A stretch of DNA of 64,000 nt from Escherichia coli. GTDB taxonomy: Bacteria > Pseudomonadota > Gammaproteobacteria > Enterobacterales > Enterobacteriaceae. A program made the position numbers and the translations under genes. A model generated the notes under the pieces. That model was not told the DNA's origin. It did no database searches and saw only the letters and a program-made list of their open reading frames with translations. The stretch is from assembly GCF_011045215.1 (NCBI RefSeq), contig NZ_CP049201.1; one strand, given 5' to 3'. Positions 29,316 to 40,400 of the stretch are shown here, in pieces (the first letter of the stretch is position 1; every line of letters starts with the position of its first letter).

Positions 29316-30343
29316 TTCCCAGCCTCCATTGCATCTTTCTTTTTCTGGATAATGGAGCTTCCAAACTCAGATGATAAACTACCACCCGCATTACCCACAG
29401 CACCAGGGATCTTACTCGGTACCATTTCTTTAGATAGACCTAACTGCCCTTTAACTTCAGTATATTTTAGTAGAGTCGGATCGAATTTAGGATTCCAGCC
29501 ACCGGTTATCCATTTACCGATTGTATTTGCAGCAGGCTTGACCACATAATTGCCAACCCCATATCCAAACCCGGCCCCCGCTCCATTTGTAATCGCCCCA
29601 GTAAGAGGATCATCTCCGTTTATGGCGTTGGTTAATGCTCCACCTGCCGCATTCCAGGCTATTGTCCCTTTCCAGCCCTGCCCCATGGTGATTACATTGA
29701 CCCATCCTGCAATGATTGCATTTTCAGGATCAACTGAACTATCTACCATGTAACCAATTCCTGCATTTGCACCTGTGCCAAGAGCCCACATGGCCTGAGC
29801 ACCGCCAGGTAAGAGAGCTACACTACCAGTGGCCAACGCTCCGGCATACGCTTTATTGACTGCTTCTCCTCGCTTACAGGCTTCACCGCCTGGGGCATCG
29901 TTACAGGAAAGTACATCTGCGCCATGCGTCTGAGCAGCTTTGCTCTGCTCGGACTCTGTGCCACCAACCAAGTTATTCTCAGCAATGTTCTTCCCAACAC
30001 CAGCCCCTGCAGCCGCGCCAGCCACATCGCCACTGGCAATGCCGCCAGCCATACCCGCTGACAGCGTTGCCAGCGTGCTTATCGTCTGCTTCTGCTCTTC
30101 ACTGAGGTCTGACTGTTTCACGCCCGGATACAGCATTCCGATCGCTCTGGCTGCCAGCTCTCCCGTTGCTGCGCCTGCTGCACCAGCAGCAACATTATTA
30201 CTCTGCATTGCCGCTACTGCACCGCCCAGAATGGCGTGAGCAATGGCCTTTACTGCCGGGTCTTTTTCTGTTGATTTCAGCAGGTATGCCAGTTCCGGAG
30301 CCGAAGCTCCCGCCAGTACTGCACCAACGTCACCACCTGCCAG
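29312..30343 (-). pseudogene. Orphan cdiA-CT fragment (pretoxin/VENN-like region plus glycine-rich C-terminal toxin domain), 5'-truncated
   Basis: Translation upstream of the annotated ATG continues as ...[53 protein letters not shown]..., homologous to the CdiA 37491..46565 pretoxin region ([13 protein letters not shown]...VENN); preceded by an in-frame stop at 30344. Confidence 0.75.
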
Positions 30344-31048
30344 CTATGGCTGGAGATGGTGGATGTTACCGATAATCAAGAAGCCTTAGATATAAGGCAA
30401 TGTTTTATCTTTCTTTCATACGAAAACCAGTGCTGCCATACTAGCCCTTTTCCTGTGACATCTAAGCGAGCTCATGTTTATCGGGAAGGGTGTTAGATCA
30501 TTGTTAATCATACACAGGTAATTATGCAGCGGTTATGCATAACTTCATTTCGAGCGTGTGATAACGCCAACACAATCACCAGAATTATAAAATAAAATCA
30601 CAAAACCTGAGAACATGTCACATTTTATCACATTAATAATTTTTCTTTATGATTTCATAACTATTTACAGCCTTTTATTAAGCCAAAAAAAGTTAAATTG
30701 CAATTATTGCATAATTATTCGCGCTACAGTTTTTTTACTTTTAAAATCATATAATATATAATCACCTTAAAACAGCAAACTCCACAAAATAATAACAAAT
30801 AGAAATATTTCCACCCAAATAATGATTATCTATTCATGAGCTGACATTATGAAATTAATCATTATTTGATGCAAATAACACAAATTAAAACAAACACCTT
30901 AATATCCATTCTTGTGTGAATCTCATCACAATAATGTTTATTTTACCGCCTAGTATGAACCACGAAATCAATTGAACTTAGCCGCCATGAAATTAAATAC
31001 ACAACATGGCGCATACCTTTTTATTCTGAAAAAATTAAAGGAATAATT

Positions 31049-32269
31049 ATGGAAAAGCATTACGTCGGTTCTGAAATTGGTCAATTGCGTAGTGTTATGC
31101 TGCACCGCCCAAATTTAAGTCTGAAACGTTTGACACCATCGAATTGTCAGGAACTGCTTTTCGATGATGTACTCTCGGTTGAACGGGCAGGTGAAGAGCA
31201 TGACATCTTCGCAAATACGCTGCGCGATCAGGGGGTGGAAGTCCTGCTGTTAACAGACCTCCTGACACAAACCCTTGATATTAAAGAAGCGAAAACCTGG
31301 CTACTGGAGACGCAAATTTCTGACTACCGCCTCGGACCTACCTTTGCGGGCGATGTGCGCAGCTGGCTGGCGGACATGCCGCACCGTGAACTGGCGCGAA
31401 GATTAAGCGGCGGATTAACTTACGGTGAAATTCCGGCTGCCATTAACAATATGGTGGTGGATACCCACACGTCTAATGACTTTATTATGAAGCCGCTACC
31501 GAATCATTTATTTACCCGCGATACCTCCTGCTGGATTTATAACGGTGTTTCTATTAACCCGATGGCCAAACCAGCCCGTCAACGTGAAACCAATAACCTC
31601 CGGGCAATATATCGCTGGCACCCGGCATTTGCCGACGGCGATTTTATTAAGTATTTCGGCGACGAAAATATTTATTACGACCACGCCACTTTGGAAGGTG
31701 GCGACGTATTAGTGATTGGTCGTGGGGCGGTATTGATCGGCATGTCTGAACGCACAACACCGCAGGGCGTGGAGTTCCTCGCCAACAGCCTGTTCAAACA
31801 TCGTCAGGCCGAGCGAGTGATCGCCGTTGAGCTGCCAAAACACCGCTCCTGTATGCACCTTGACACCGTCATGACCCACATCGACGTTGACACTTTCTCC
31901 GTTTACCCGGAAGTGGTGCGCAAAGACGCCCAGTGCTGGACGCTCACTTCGAACGGACGCGATGGCCTACAACGGACCCAGGAAACCGACCTGTTGCACG
32001 CCATCGAGAAAGCACTCGGTATTGACCAGGTACGCTTGATCACCACCGGCGGCGACGCCTTTGAAGCCGAACGTGAGCAGTGGAACGACGCCAATAACGT
32101 TCTGACCATCCGCCCCGGTGTGGTGATTGGTTACGAGCGCAACGTCTGGACTAACGAGAAATACGACAAAGCCGGCATCACCGTGCTGCCCATCCCGGGG
32201 GACGAATTGGGACGAGGCCGCGGCGGCGCACGCTGCATGAGCTGTCCGCTTGAACGCGACGGAATTTAA
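31049..32269 (+). CDS. arcA: Arginine deiminase
   Basis: 406-aa [31 protein letters not shown]... typical ADI N-terminus; RBS aaaggaataattATG. Confidence 0.9.
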   Translation: MEKHYVGSEIGQLRSVMLHRPNLSLKRLTPSNCQELLFDDVLSVERAGEEHDIFANTLRDQGVEVLLLTDLLTQTLDIKEAKTWLLETQISDYRLGPTFAGDVRSWLADMPHRELARRLSGGLTYGEIPAAINNMVVDTHTSNDFIMKPLPNHLFTRDTSCWIYNGVSINPMAKPARQRETNNLRAIYRWHPAFADGDFIKYFGDENIYYDHATLEGGDVLVIGRGAVLIGMSERTTPQGVEFLANSLFKHRQAERVIAVELPKHRSCMHLDTVMTHIDVDTFSVYPEVVRKDAQCWTLTSNGRDGLQRTQETDLLHAIEKALGIDQVRLITTGGDAFEAEREQWNDANNVLTIRPGVVIGYERNVWTNEKYDKAGITVLPIPGDELGRGRGGARCMSCPLERDGI

Positions 32270-32279
32270 AGGAGCCATC

Positions 32280-33191
32280 ATGGAACGAAAACCCACTTTG
32301 GTTGTGGCGTTGGGCGGCAACGCATTATTGAAGCGCGGCGAACCACTGGAAGCAGAAATCCAGCGCCAGAACATTGAGTTGGCCGCCCGTACCATCGCCG
32401 GGCTCACGGTGAATTGGCGCGTGGTGTTGGTTCACGGCAACGGTCCACAGATCGGGCTGCTGGCGCTGCAGAACAGCGCCTACGACAAAGTAACCCCTTA
32501 TCCACTGGACGTTCTTGGCGCCGAAAGCCAGGGGATGATCGGCTACATGCTCCAGCAGGCGCTGAAAAACAGCCTGCCACAGCGTGAGGTGAGCGTCCTG
32601 CTTACTCAGGTGGAAGTGGACGCTACTGACCCGGCGTTCAGCAACCCGACCAAATATATCGGACCGGTGTACAACGAAGACCTGGCAAAAACACTGGCAG
32701 CAGAAAAAGGTTGGGGGTTTAAGGCCGACGGCAGCTACTTCCGTCGCGTGGTGCCATCTCCACAGCCGAAACGCATTGTCGAGAGCGATGCTATTACGGC
32801 ACTGATCCAGCGCGACCATCTTGTTATCTGCAACGGCGGCGGTGGTGTGCCAGTTGTGGAAAAGGCTAACGGCTATCGCGGAATTGAGGCGGTGATCGAC
32901 AAAGACCTCTCTGCTGCCCTGCTGGCATACCAGATAGGGGCCGACGCACTACTGATTCTCACTGATGCCGACGCGGTTTACCTCGATTGGGGCAAACCGA
33001 CCCAGCGTCCGCTAGCGCAGGTGACGCCAGAACTGCTCAGAGGCATGCAGTTTGACACCGGATCGATGGGGCCGAAAGTGGCCGCCTGCTGCAAGTTTGT
33101 TGAAGCTTGCAACGGTATTGCCGGGATCGGCGCTCTGGTCGACGGGGCTGAGATTTTGGCGGGCAAGAAAGGCACATTGATTCGTAACTGA
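32280..33191 (+). CDS. arcC: Carbamate kinase
   Basis: MERKPTLVVALGGNALLKRGE... carbamate kinase N-terminal motif; six-frame ORF extends 10 codons upstream. Confidence 0.9.
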   Translation: MERKPTLVVALGGNALLKRGEPLEAEIQRQNIELAARTIAGLTVNWRVVLVHGNGPQIGLLALQNSAYDKVTPYPLDVLGAESQGMIGYMLQQALKNSLPQREVSVLLTQVEVDATDPAFSNPTKYIGPVYNEDLAKTLAAEKGWGFKADGSYFRRVVPSPQPKRIVESDAITALIQRDHLVICNGGGGVPVVEKANGYRGIEAVIDKDLSAALLAYQIGADALLILTDADAVYLDWGKPTQRPLAQVTPELLRGMQFDTGSMGPKVAACCKFVEACNGIAGIGALVDGAEILAGKKGTLIRN

Positions 33192-33275
33192 ATCCCCCTT
33201 CACCTAACCCTCTCCTCAAAGGGGAGATGGCAGAGTGAGGGCATCAGACAGTTAAAATTTAAAAAGGATTTCCTA

Positions 33276-34280
33276 ATGACCATCAATTTGAAAAAACGCA
33301 ACTTCCTTAAACTGCTGGACTACACCCCGGCAGAGATCCAGTACCTGATCGATCTCGCGATCAAACTGAAAGCGGCCAAAAAAGCCGGACGAGAAAAACA
33401 GACCTTGGTTGGCAAAAACATTGCCCTGATTTTTGAAAAAACCTCCACCCGTACCCGCTGTGCTTTCGAAGTGGCTGCGTTCGACCAGGGGGCGCAGGTG
33501 ACCTACCTCGGCCCAGGCGGATCGCAAATCGGCCATAAAGAGTCAATGAAAGACACCGCCCGTGTGCTGGGCCGTATGTATGACGGCATCGAATACCGTG
33601 GTTACGGTCAGGCCATCGTTGAGGAGTTGGGCAAATACGCGGGCGTACCGGTGTGGAACGGTCTGACCGACGAATTTCACCCAACCCAAATCCTCGCAGA
33701 TTTGATGACCATGCTGGAACATTCCCCGGGCAAAAAACTGTCGGAACTGAGCTTTGCCTACCTTGGCGACGCACGCAACAACATGGGTAACTCCCTGATG
33801 GTGGGGGCTGCCAAAATGGGGATGGATATCCGTCTTGTAGCCCCAAAATCCTTCTGGCCGGATGTGGTGCTTGTTGAACAGTGCCGTTCCATCGCGGAAG
33901 AGACGGGCGCACGTATCACCCTGACCGATGACGTGGAAGAAGGCGTGTGGGGAACGGATTTCCTCTACACCGATGTTTGGGTCTCCATGGGTGAACCGAA
34001 AGAGGCGTGGACCGAACGCGTCAGCCTGATGAAGCCTTATCAAATCAACGCTGACGTGATGAACGCCACCGGCAACCCGAACGTCAAGTTCATGCACTGC
34101 CTGCCAGCCTTCCACAATGAGCACACCAAAGTGGGCCGAGAAATTGAGATGGCATACGGCCTGAAGGGACTGGAGGTGACGGAAGAGGTCTTCGAATCCC
34201 CTAACTCTATCGTCTTTGATGAAGCAGAAAACCGCATGCATACCATTAAAGCGGTCATGGTGGCGACACTCGGCGACTAA
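33276..34280 (+). CDS. arcB: Ornithine carbamoyltransferase (catabolic)
   Basis: STRTR carbamoyl-phosphate binding motif and HCLP motif. Confidence 0.9.
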   Translation: MTINLKKRNFLKLLDYTPAEIQYLIDLAIKLKAAKKAGREKQTLVGKNIALIFEKTSTRTRCAFEVAAFDQGAQVTYLGPGGSQIGHKESMKDTARVLGRMYDGIEYRGYGQAIVEELGKYAGVPVWNGLTDEFHPTQILADLMTMLEHSPGKKLSELSFAYLGDARNNMGNSLMVGAAKMGMDIRLVAPKSFWPDVVLVEQCRSIAEETGARITLTDDVEEGVWGTDFLYTDVWVSMGEPKEAWTERVSLMKPYQINADVMNATGNPNVKFMHCLPAFHNEHTKVGREIEMAYGLKGLEVTEEVFESPNSIVFDEAENRMHTIKAVMVATLGD

Positions 34281-34327
34281 TCACCACCCGGTGCGTCGTA
34301 GGGTGCACCGGGTCTCAGGAGAACATC

Positions 34328-35731
34328 ATGGGTAAGTTCAAATTTCCCTCCGCATATACCATTCTCTTTTTTCTGATTGCCATCGTTGCCGTCCTGACGT
34401 GGATCATTCCAGCCGGGCAGTATCACATGGCAATGAACGAAGCTCTCGGCAAGGAGGTTCCTGTTGCCGGCACCTATGCACACGTAGAGGCCAATCCGCA
34501 GGGACTGATTTCAGTGCTGATGGCCCCAATTGCCGGGTTGTATGATCCAGACTCCGGTCAGGCTAGGGCGATAGACGTTGCGCTGTTTATTCTGATCATC
34601 GGAGGATTCCTCGGGATCGTCACCAAAACCGGGGCCATTGACGCCGGAATCGAGCGCGTCACCACCCGACTACGTGGTCGCGAAGAGTGGATGATCCCGA
34701 TCCTTATGGCGCTGTTTGCTGCTGGCGGTACAATTTACGGCATGGCCGAAGAATCCCTGCCGTTTTATACCCTGCTGGTGCCGGTGATGTTGGCAGCACG
34801 CTTCGACCCTGTGGTAGCCGCCTCCACCGTGCTGCTCGGCGCCGGGATCGGCACGCTCGGTTCCACCATTAACCCTTTCGCGACGGTGATCGCCGCCAAT
34901 GCAGCCGGGATCCCCTTCACCAACGGTATCACCTTGCGTGTGGTGGTGCTTGTCATCGGCTGGATAATCTGCGTGACATGGGTGATGCGCTATGCCCGGA
35001 AAGTTCGCAAGGAGCCGTCTCTCTCCATTATTGCGGATAAACAAGAGGAGAACCTCGCCCACTTCCTCGGCAATAAAAGCGAACAGGCTCTGGAGTTCAC
35101 CCCGGTACGCAAAATTATTCTGGTGATTTTCGCCCTTACCTTCGCGGTCATGATCTACGGCGTGGCGGTGCTGGGTTGGTGGATGGCGGAGATCTCAACG
35201 GTATTTCTGGCCAGCGCAATTATCATCGGCCTGATCGCCCGCATGAGCGAAGAGGAACTGACCTCTACCTTTATCAACGGCGCGCGAGATTTGCTGGGCG
35301 TTGCACTGATTATCGGTATCGCGCGCGGTATCGTAGTGATCATGGATAAAGGTATGATTACCCATACTATTTTGCACTACGCCGAGGGAATGGTTACTGG
35401 ATTATCGACAGTAGCATTCATCAACGTGATGTATTGGCTGGAAGTGGTGCTGTCGTTTCTTGTGCCTTCTTCGTCCGGTCTGGCCGTTCTGACGATGCCG
35501 ATCATGGCACCTCTTGCCGACTTCGCTAACGTCAACCGCGACCTGGTAGTTACGGCTTACCAGTCTGCGTCCGGTATCGTTAACCTGATCACTCCCACCT
35601 CTGCCGTTGTGATGGGCGGACTGGCTATCGCCCACGTGCCTTACGTGCGATATCTGAAATGGGTTGCGCCGCTGCTTGGGATATTAACAGTGGTAATTAT
35701 GGTGGCATTAAGTCTGGGGGCATTGTTGTAA
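34328..35731 (+). CDS. YfcC-family membrane transporter (putative arginine/ornithine antiporter of the ADI operon)
   Basis: 467-aa polytopic membrane protein, co-directional and immediately downstream of arcB. Confidence 0.7.
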   Translation: MGKFKFPSAYTILFFLIAIVAVLTWIIPAGQYHMAMNEALGKEVPVAGTYAHVEANPQGLISVLMAPIAGLYDPDSGQARAIDVALFILIIGGFLGIVTKTGAIDAGIERVTTRLRGREEWMIPILMALFAAGGTIYGMAEESLPFYTLLVPVMLAARFDPVVAASTVLLGAGIGTLGSTINPFATVIAANAAGIPFTNGITLRVVVLVIGWIICVTWVMRYARKVRKEPSLSIIADKQEENLAHFLGNKSEQALEFTPVRKIILVIFALTFAVMIYGVAVLGWWMAEISTVFLASAIIIGLIARMSEEELTSTFINGARDLLGVALIIGIARGIVVIMDKGMITHTILHYAEGMVTGLSTVAFINVMYWLEVVLSFLVPSSSGLAVLTMPIMAPLADFANVNRDLVVTAYQSASGIVNLITPTSAVVMGGLAIAHVPYVRYLKWVAPLLGILTVVIMVALSLGALL

Positions 35732-35811
35732 TTTGCCGGATGGCGCTGCCCCTATCCGGTCTACGGAATGGTGTGGTGTCACCGGTTATTTCGAGAACTG
35801 AATATAGGATT

Positions 35812-36291
35812 ATGATGGATTACGAAGATTTCTCTCCCAAAGAGCAACTACAGCTAACGGTCTGCCAACGTCTGATTGCAGAAAAGAGCTATTTTTCCCA
35901 AGAGGAGCTCCGCCGCGACTTACAGGAGCGTGGTTTTGAGACAATCAGCCAGTCCACCGTTTCTCGTCTGCTCAAGTTGTTAGGTGTCATAAAAATTCGA
36001 AATGCCAAAGGGCTAAAAGTCTATTCGCAGAATCCACAGTTGCGTCCGGCTCCTGATGCCGCGCGCACTGTGTCCGAAATGGTGGTGAGCGTTGAGCACA
36101 ATAGAGAATTTATCCTTATCCATACCGTTGCTGGATATGGCCGCGCAGTGGCACGTGTCCTTGATTATCACCAGTTGCCAGAAATTTTAGGCGTGGTGGC
36201 CGGAAGCAGTATCGTCTGGGTCGCTCCTCGGATGGTGAAGCGTGTCGCTCTGGTGCATAAGCAAATTAATTATTTACTAAGAACGTATTAA
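35812..36291 (+). CDS. argR: ArgR-family arginine-responsive repressor
   Basis: 159 aa from MMDYEDFSPKEQLQLTVCQRLIAEKSYFSQEELRRDLQERGFETISQSTVSRLLK... winged-helix N-terminus plus C-terminal oligomerisation domain. Confidence 0.8.
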   Translation: MMDYEDFSPKEQLQLTVCQRLIAEKSYFSQEELRRDLQERGFETISQSTVSRLLKLLGVIKIRNAKGLKVYSQNPQLRPAPDAARTVSEMVVSVEHNREFILIHTVAGYGRAVARVLDYHQLPEILGVVAGSSIVWVAPRMVKRVALVHKQINYLLRTY

Positions 36292-36538
36292 TATTCACAA
36301 ATGCCCGCTTGTATTGACTAATACATACATTAAATCGCTTCATTCGCAAAGCGAGTTTCCTATAATGCCTGATAATGTGCCAGGAGGGAGCATAGTCAAG
36401 CGTGTACGATATAACGTCTCACCGCGTCTGAAATCAGACACTGGCTTGGTGTTTTATTCCCGTTGCTTAATCTATTCCTTGGGTCCCTCATTTGAGGGGC
36501 TTTTTTTGCTCGGCATCAGGAGATAAACATGAATCCGT

Positions 36539-36688
36539 TTTATCAAAAAATAAATGCCCCTAGCCGCGAAGTGCTGGAGCTCGTTCTAAAAATCGCAGCA
36601 AAAATTGAAAACCATTCCTCAACCATCGCGGCGTTCGTATGCGCCGCCAATGATGCGCCCGAAAACGCGTCAATATGAGTTCGCCGGA
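36539..36688 (+). CDS. Small ORF (49 aa, MNPFYQKINAPSREVLELVLKIAAKIENHSS...) with strong RBS; speculative
   Basis: aggagataaacATG; its 3' end is the sequence that is repeated at 36946..37016 and 27975..28024. Confidence 0.25.
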
Positions 36689-36874
36689 ATATTACTCTGC
36701 TGTCGGGAGTTGAACGCCTGACGACAGGAAATGAGCCAGGCCAGCCACCACGCGGGCTGACAGCGAATCAGAACCTGAGTCAGCCCGGAGCCATTCCCGG
36801 GGCTGCACTTCATCACCTGCCACCAGTACCCGTGTCAGTACTTCGCGACCTGACGCAATTATCCGACTCAGTCC

Positions 36875-37003
36875 TTCAGAACCCGCCTCCGATACCAGCC
36901 TGGCGCTCGCCCCTGCGCAAGCAAAATAAATCAACCATTGTCAGACTGCGATCATTCGTATGCACCGCCGATGACGCGCCCGAAAACGCGTCAATATGAG
37001 TTC
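36875..37003. repeat. Direct repeat copy B, partner at 27908..28024; embedded in a block of sub-repeats (36655..37040)
   Basis: Same sequence as copy A; cgcccgaaaacgcgtcaatatgagttcgccggaatattac occurs at 36655 and 36975, with tatgagttcgccggaatattac again at 37021. Confidence 0.7.
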
Positions 37004-37064
37004 GCCGGAATATTACTCAATATGAGTTCGCCGGAATATTACGCCTAGCTGGGGGTTTTCTGTG

Positions 37065-37095
37065 CACAAAAAAATCCCGGCATAATGGCCGGGAT
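37065..37095 (-). terminator. Rho-independent terminator after cdiI (end of cdiBCAI operon)
   Basis: Hairpin atcccggc-ataatg-gccgggat preceded on plus strand by A-run (T-run on the transcribed minus strand). Confidence 0.6.
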
Positions 37096-37110
37096 TTGCG
37101 AGCTTTCCCA

Positions 37111-37485
37111 CTATTTCTTGATTCCTAAACGGAACATATCAGTTGGGAATAAAGGTTGTATTATCACTTCATCATTAAAAATGAATAATTTGGGCGATAA
37201 AGCTGTTACGTCATAGATATTTTCAGCGATTAATCTTAGATTTGACCTAAAAACTGGAATACTTGCATCATCTACAAAGACAAACATGTCATCGTTTTTT
37301 ACAGAGTTTGCACACAATAGCTCATCAAAACTCTCATAATCAGAATGCCAGATCTCTGACCAAGTAACACTTCCTTTCGCGAGAGGGTACTTATTTAAAA
37401 TGCCCAGAGCCTCCTGCTGAGCCAGCCCCTCTACTATATTAAAATCAGCACTCAGTGCTTCCCGACACTCATCAAATAAAGTCAT
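37111..37485 (-). CDS. cdiI: CdiI immunity protein cognate to the CdiA C-terminal toxin
   Basis: 124-aa ORF starting 6 nt after the cdiA stop; AT-rich relative to cdiA. Confidence 0.7.
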   Translation of the reverse strand: MTLFDECREALSADFNIVEGLAQQEALGILNKYPLAKGSVTWSEIWHSDYESFDELLCANSVKNDDMFVFVDDASIPVFRSNLRLIAENIYDVTALSPKLFIFNDEVIIQPLFPTDMFRLGIKK

Positions 37486-37490
37486 TTGCT

Positions 37491-40400
37491 CTACCTGTTT
37501 AGCTGTTTCAATATTGTTTCAAAAGACTTTTCATTGCCTTCAAAAGGTATGACTTGCTTCACCGCTTTTCCAGGGCCTTTACCCTGCGAGTAATCCCATA
37601 TATTGATGTGTGTGCCTTTTTCAGGATCATAATCAACACGCCAACCAACTTTTCCGTCGCTGGATTGCCGCCCTATGACTTTCCCATTACCAGCGCTGAC
37701 TTCCAAACGTCCGATAACTGGCTTAGAGTCCGCTCCTAAATTACCTACAAGATCCAATGCCTTGTTTCGAGCAGTTTCCCAGTTTTTCTCTGGCTTGAGG
37801 ATTTGTTCAATTTTAGGCTGGGAATTCCCTTTAACCTTACTAATTCCCCCAAATGCTGACGCCGCAGCGCTCGCGACTATTCCCGCCTGAACTTCATCCA
37901 AACCGTATTCTTCTTGGAGTGCTTCCGAGACTTTGTTGGTCGCGACAACCCCTTCAGCCTGCATTTGCTGCGCAAAAGTCGCCGTCAGATCGTAGACCAT
38001 TTTGATCGGGATATCTTCACCCAGAGCACGATCTATTGCCTGCTTCACCGCCAGACTGTCAGTCAGTACATCACCGTATTTCTGCTGGCAGGTTGCCGGG
38101 CTGGCTGCACAGTCACTGATCAGTTGCTTTTGCTGTGCCGTACTCAACTCTTCGTACTTTTTGATAATACCGCCGCAGTCACCGCCTTTCGCCTGACAGG
38201 ACTTCATTTCAGCGGACCAAGCATCTATCTGCTTACTGCTCAGATAGTTATTCTCAACAGTTGTCTTACCTGACTGTGCGCCGGCTACCGCTGAAGCCCC
38301 CGAGTCTCCCACCAGACCACCGGCCAGGCCGGCAGCAACCGTTGCCAGTGTCGAGACCGTCTGCTTCTCTGTCTCGCTCAGTTCACTCACCGGCTTACCG
38401 TACATCTGTGTGGCTATCATTCCCACCACCTCGCCGGTGGCTGCACCTGCAGCACCGGCAAGGGCATTCTTACCCTGTGCCAGAGACAGGGCGGCATTCA
38501 CTACTGCATGAGCTGCCACACGCCCCGCACCGTCCGGGGTGGTCTGTTTGATAATTTCAGCAATATACGGCGCTGCACCACCTGCCAGGGCTGCACTCAG
38601 ATTACCGCCGGCCAGTCCCTGTACCGCTGCCGTTGCGGCCTGTATCGCCTGCTGGTATTTGCCTCCCGTTCCAAAACCGGAGGCTGCCATACCGTTATTG
38701 TAGGCCCGCTGTGCCACATCCTGTTCCGTGTACGGTTTTCCTGCTGCCTCAAGCTCTGCGCGGGCCTGATTCAGTGCTGCCGGGTCCCGCTTCGCTTTCT
38801 CACCGGCTATCTGTCCTTCCGTTCTGGCAATATCTGCCACCTGGTTACCAATCTCACCAATGAGTTGCGCCTGCTGCAACCGCTGCTGCTCTTTTTCCCT
38901 GTCAAAGATGGGGGACAGCGTCTGGTTTGCATGCGCAACGTCACGGTTCAGGTCTGCCACATCCTGTTTCTGGCTCTGTGTATCCCGGATAGTGATATTC
39001 CCGGCAGACACAGCCGACTGCGTGGTACTGTCCGCATGGCCTTCATGATTTGCACCGACCAGCAGATTGTTTGCCATGTTCCCCAGGAAATTTCCGGCAA
39101 CACTGCCACCGGTACTGAGCCCTGCACTCTGATGTTCCGTTTTAAAGTCAGCCCGGTTTTCAGTGTCACTGAAGCCCAGTGTGCCGGTATCCAGCCTGTT
39201 TTTATCTGCCGTTGCCGTGGACGCAATCACCGCACCGTTCAGTTGCGTATGCTGTCCGGTGGTGACATCAAACCCGCCCCTGCCGGCAAAAATCCCCGTC
39301 TGCTCCTGTACACTGTCGTAGTTACTGTGCATTTTATCCCGGCTGAGGTTCACACTCGCCGAACCGCTCATGGACCCGAAAGTGAAGCTGCCTCCGGCGC
39401 TGGCATTCTGCTGCTTACTGTCATAACGGTCACTGTCCTGCTCACTGGTCAGTGTCAGATGACGACCGGCATCCACTTTCACCGTTTCACCGCCAGCCTG
39501 CGCGCCGGTAAGCGTGGTGTCCCGCCCGCTGATAATGGTCAGCCGGTTTCCCGCATCCACCGTGGTTTCTGTATGGGTGGTACCGTTGCCTTTTTCACTG
39601 CCCTTACCCTGGTTTGCGCTGGCTGACAGACTGAAACCAGGCCCTCCGGGCCCCACACCGATACCGACACCCACGCTGCCACCACTGGATGTGTTCTTTC
39701 CTTCCAGCTTTGACGTGTTTTCTGCTGATACCAGATTCACGTCACGGTTTGCCTGCAGCAGAACGTTGTTCCCGGCCTTTATCTGACCGCCCTGTATCGT
39801 CAGGTCACCATCCACGCCCTTCACGCCGGAGCCGGTGGCCTGAATACTGAGGTTATTACCTGCGGTCAGTGTACTGCCCTTCGCCACCGTCTGCTCTGAC
39901 TGCTGTTCTGATTTCGAAGACTGGCTGCCGTAAGAGAGGCTGATACCCACGGTATTGTTATTCTCTTTCTGGTTGCCCTGTGCTTCTGCCAGTCGTCCGG
40001 CCTGCACGGCCTGAGCCCCCGAGAGCGCGGCCTTCACCCCCTGCAGGGCTTCAAGCCGGCTGTTTCCGGCAGATTTCGCCGCCTGTACGGTCTCCACCGT
40101 CGTGTTCAGGGCGCTGCCCGCTGTGCCGGACAGGGCAAGCGTCAGACCGGAGGTTTTCTGCTCCACCGTATGTGTCTGCACATGCCGGTCAGTGGCGGCG
40201 GTAATGCTGACCTCCTTACCACTGAGTGCCATGTCCCTGCCGGCAATCAGGTCAGAGCCGTTGACGGTCAACCGGTTACCTGCCTGAAGGGAAACATCAC
40301 CGTGAACACTCCCCACCGTGCTGCCTTTCTGCGTGGTGTCTGTTGCGGTGTCCGTGACCTTCAGACTCTGGCTGCCCACGCTGAATCCCACACCTCCGGA

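Noticed and set aside
30420-31048. Possible ARG box (tgcataattattcg near 30706) and FNR-like half-sites in the AT-rich region upstream of arcA
   Set aside because: Matches to the consensus are partial and this AT-rich DNA produces many chance near-palindromes; not reported as a feature without a position-weight-matrix scan or experimental support.
33543-34241. 232-aa minus-strand ORF within arcB, plus 183-aa and 164-aa antisense ORFs in arcB/arcC
   Set aside because: Antisense to conserved ADI-pathway genes with canonical motifs; they are histidine/arginine-rich artefacts.
36314-36366. Candidate sigma70 promoter (ttgact ... tataat) downstream of argR that could drive a small RNA ending at the 36480..36510 hairpin
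   Set aside because: Spacing between the best -35 and -10 hexamers is about 31 bp, far from the 17 bp optimum; alternative -35 choices are weak, so the promoter is not reported.
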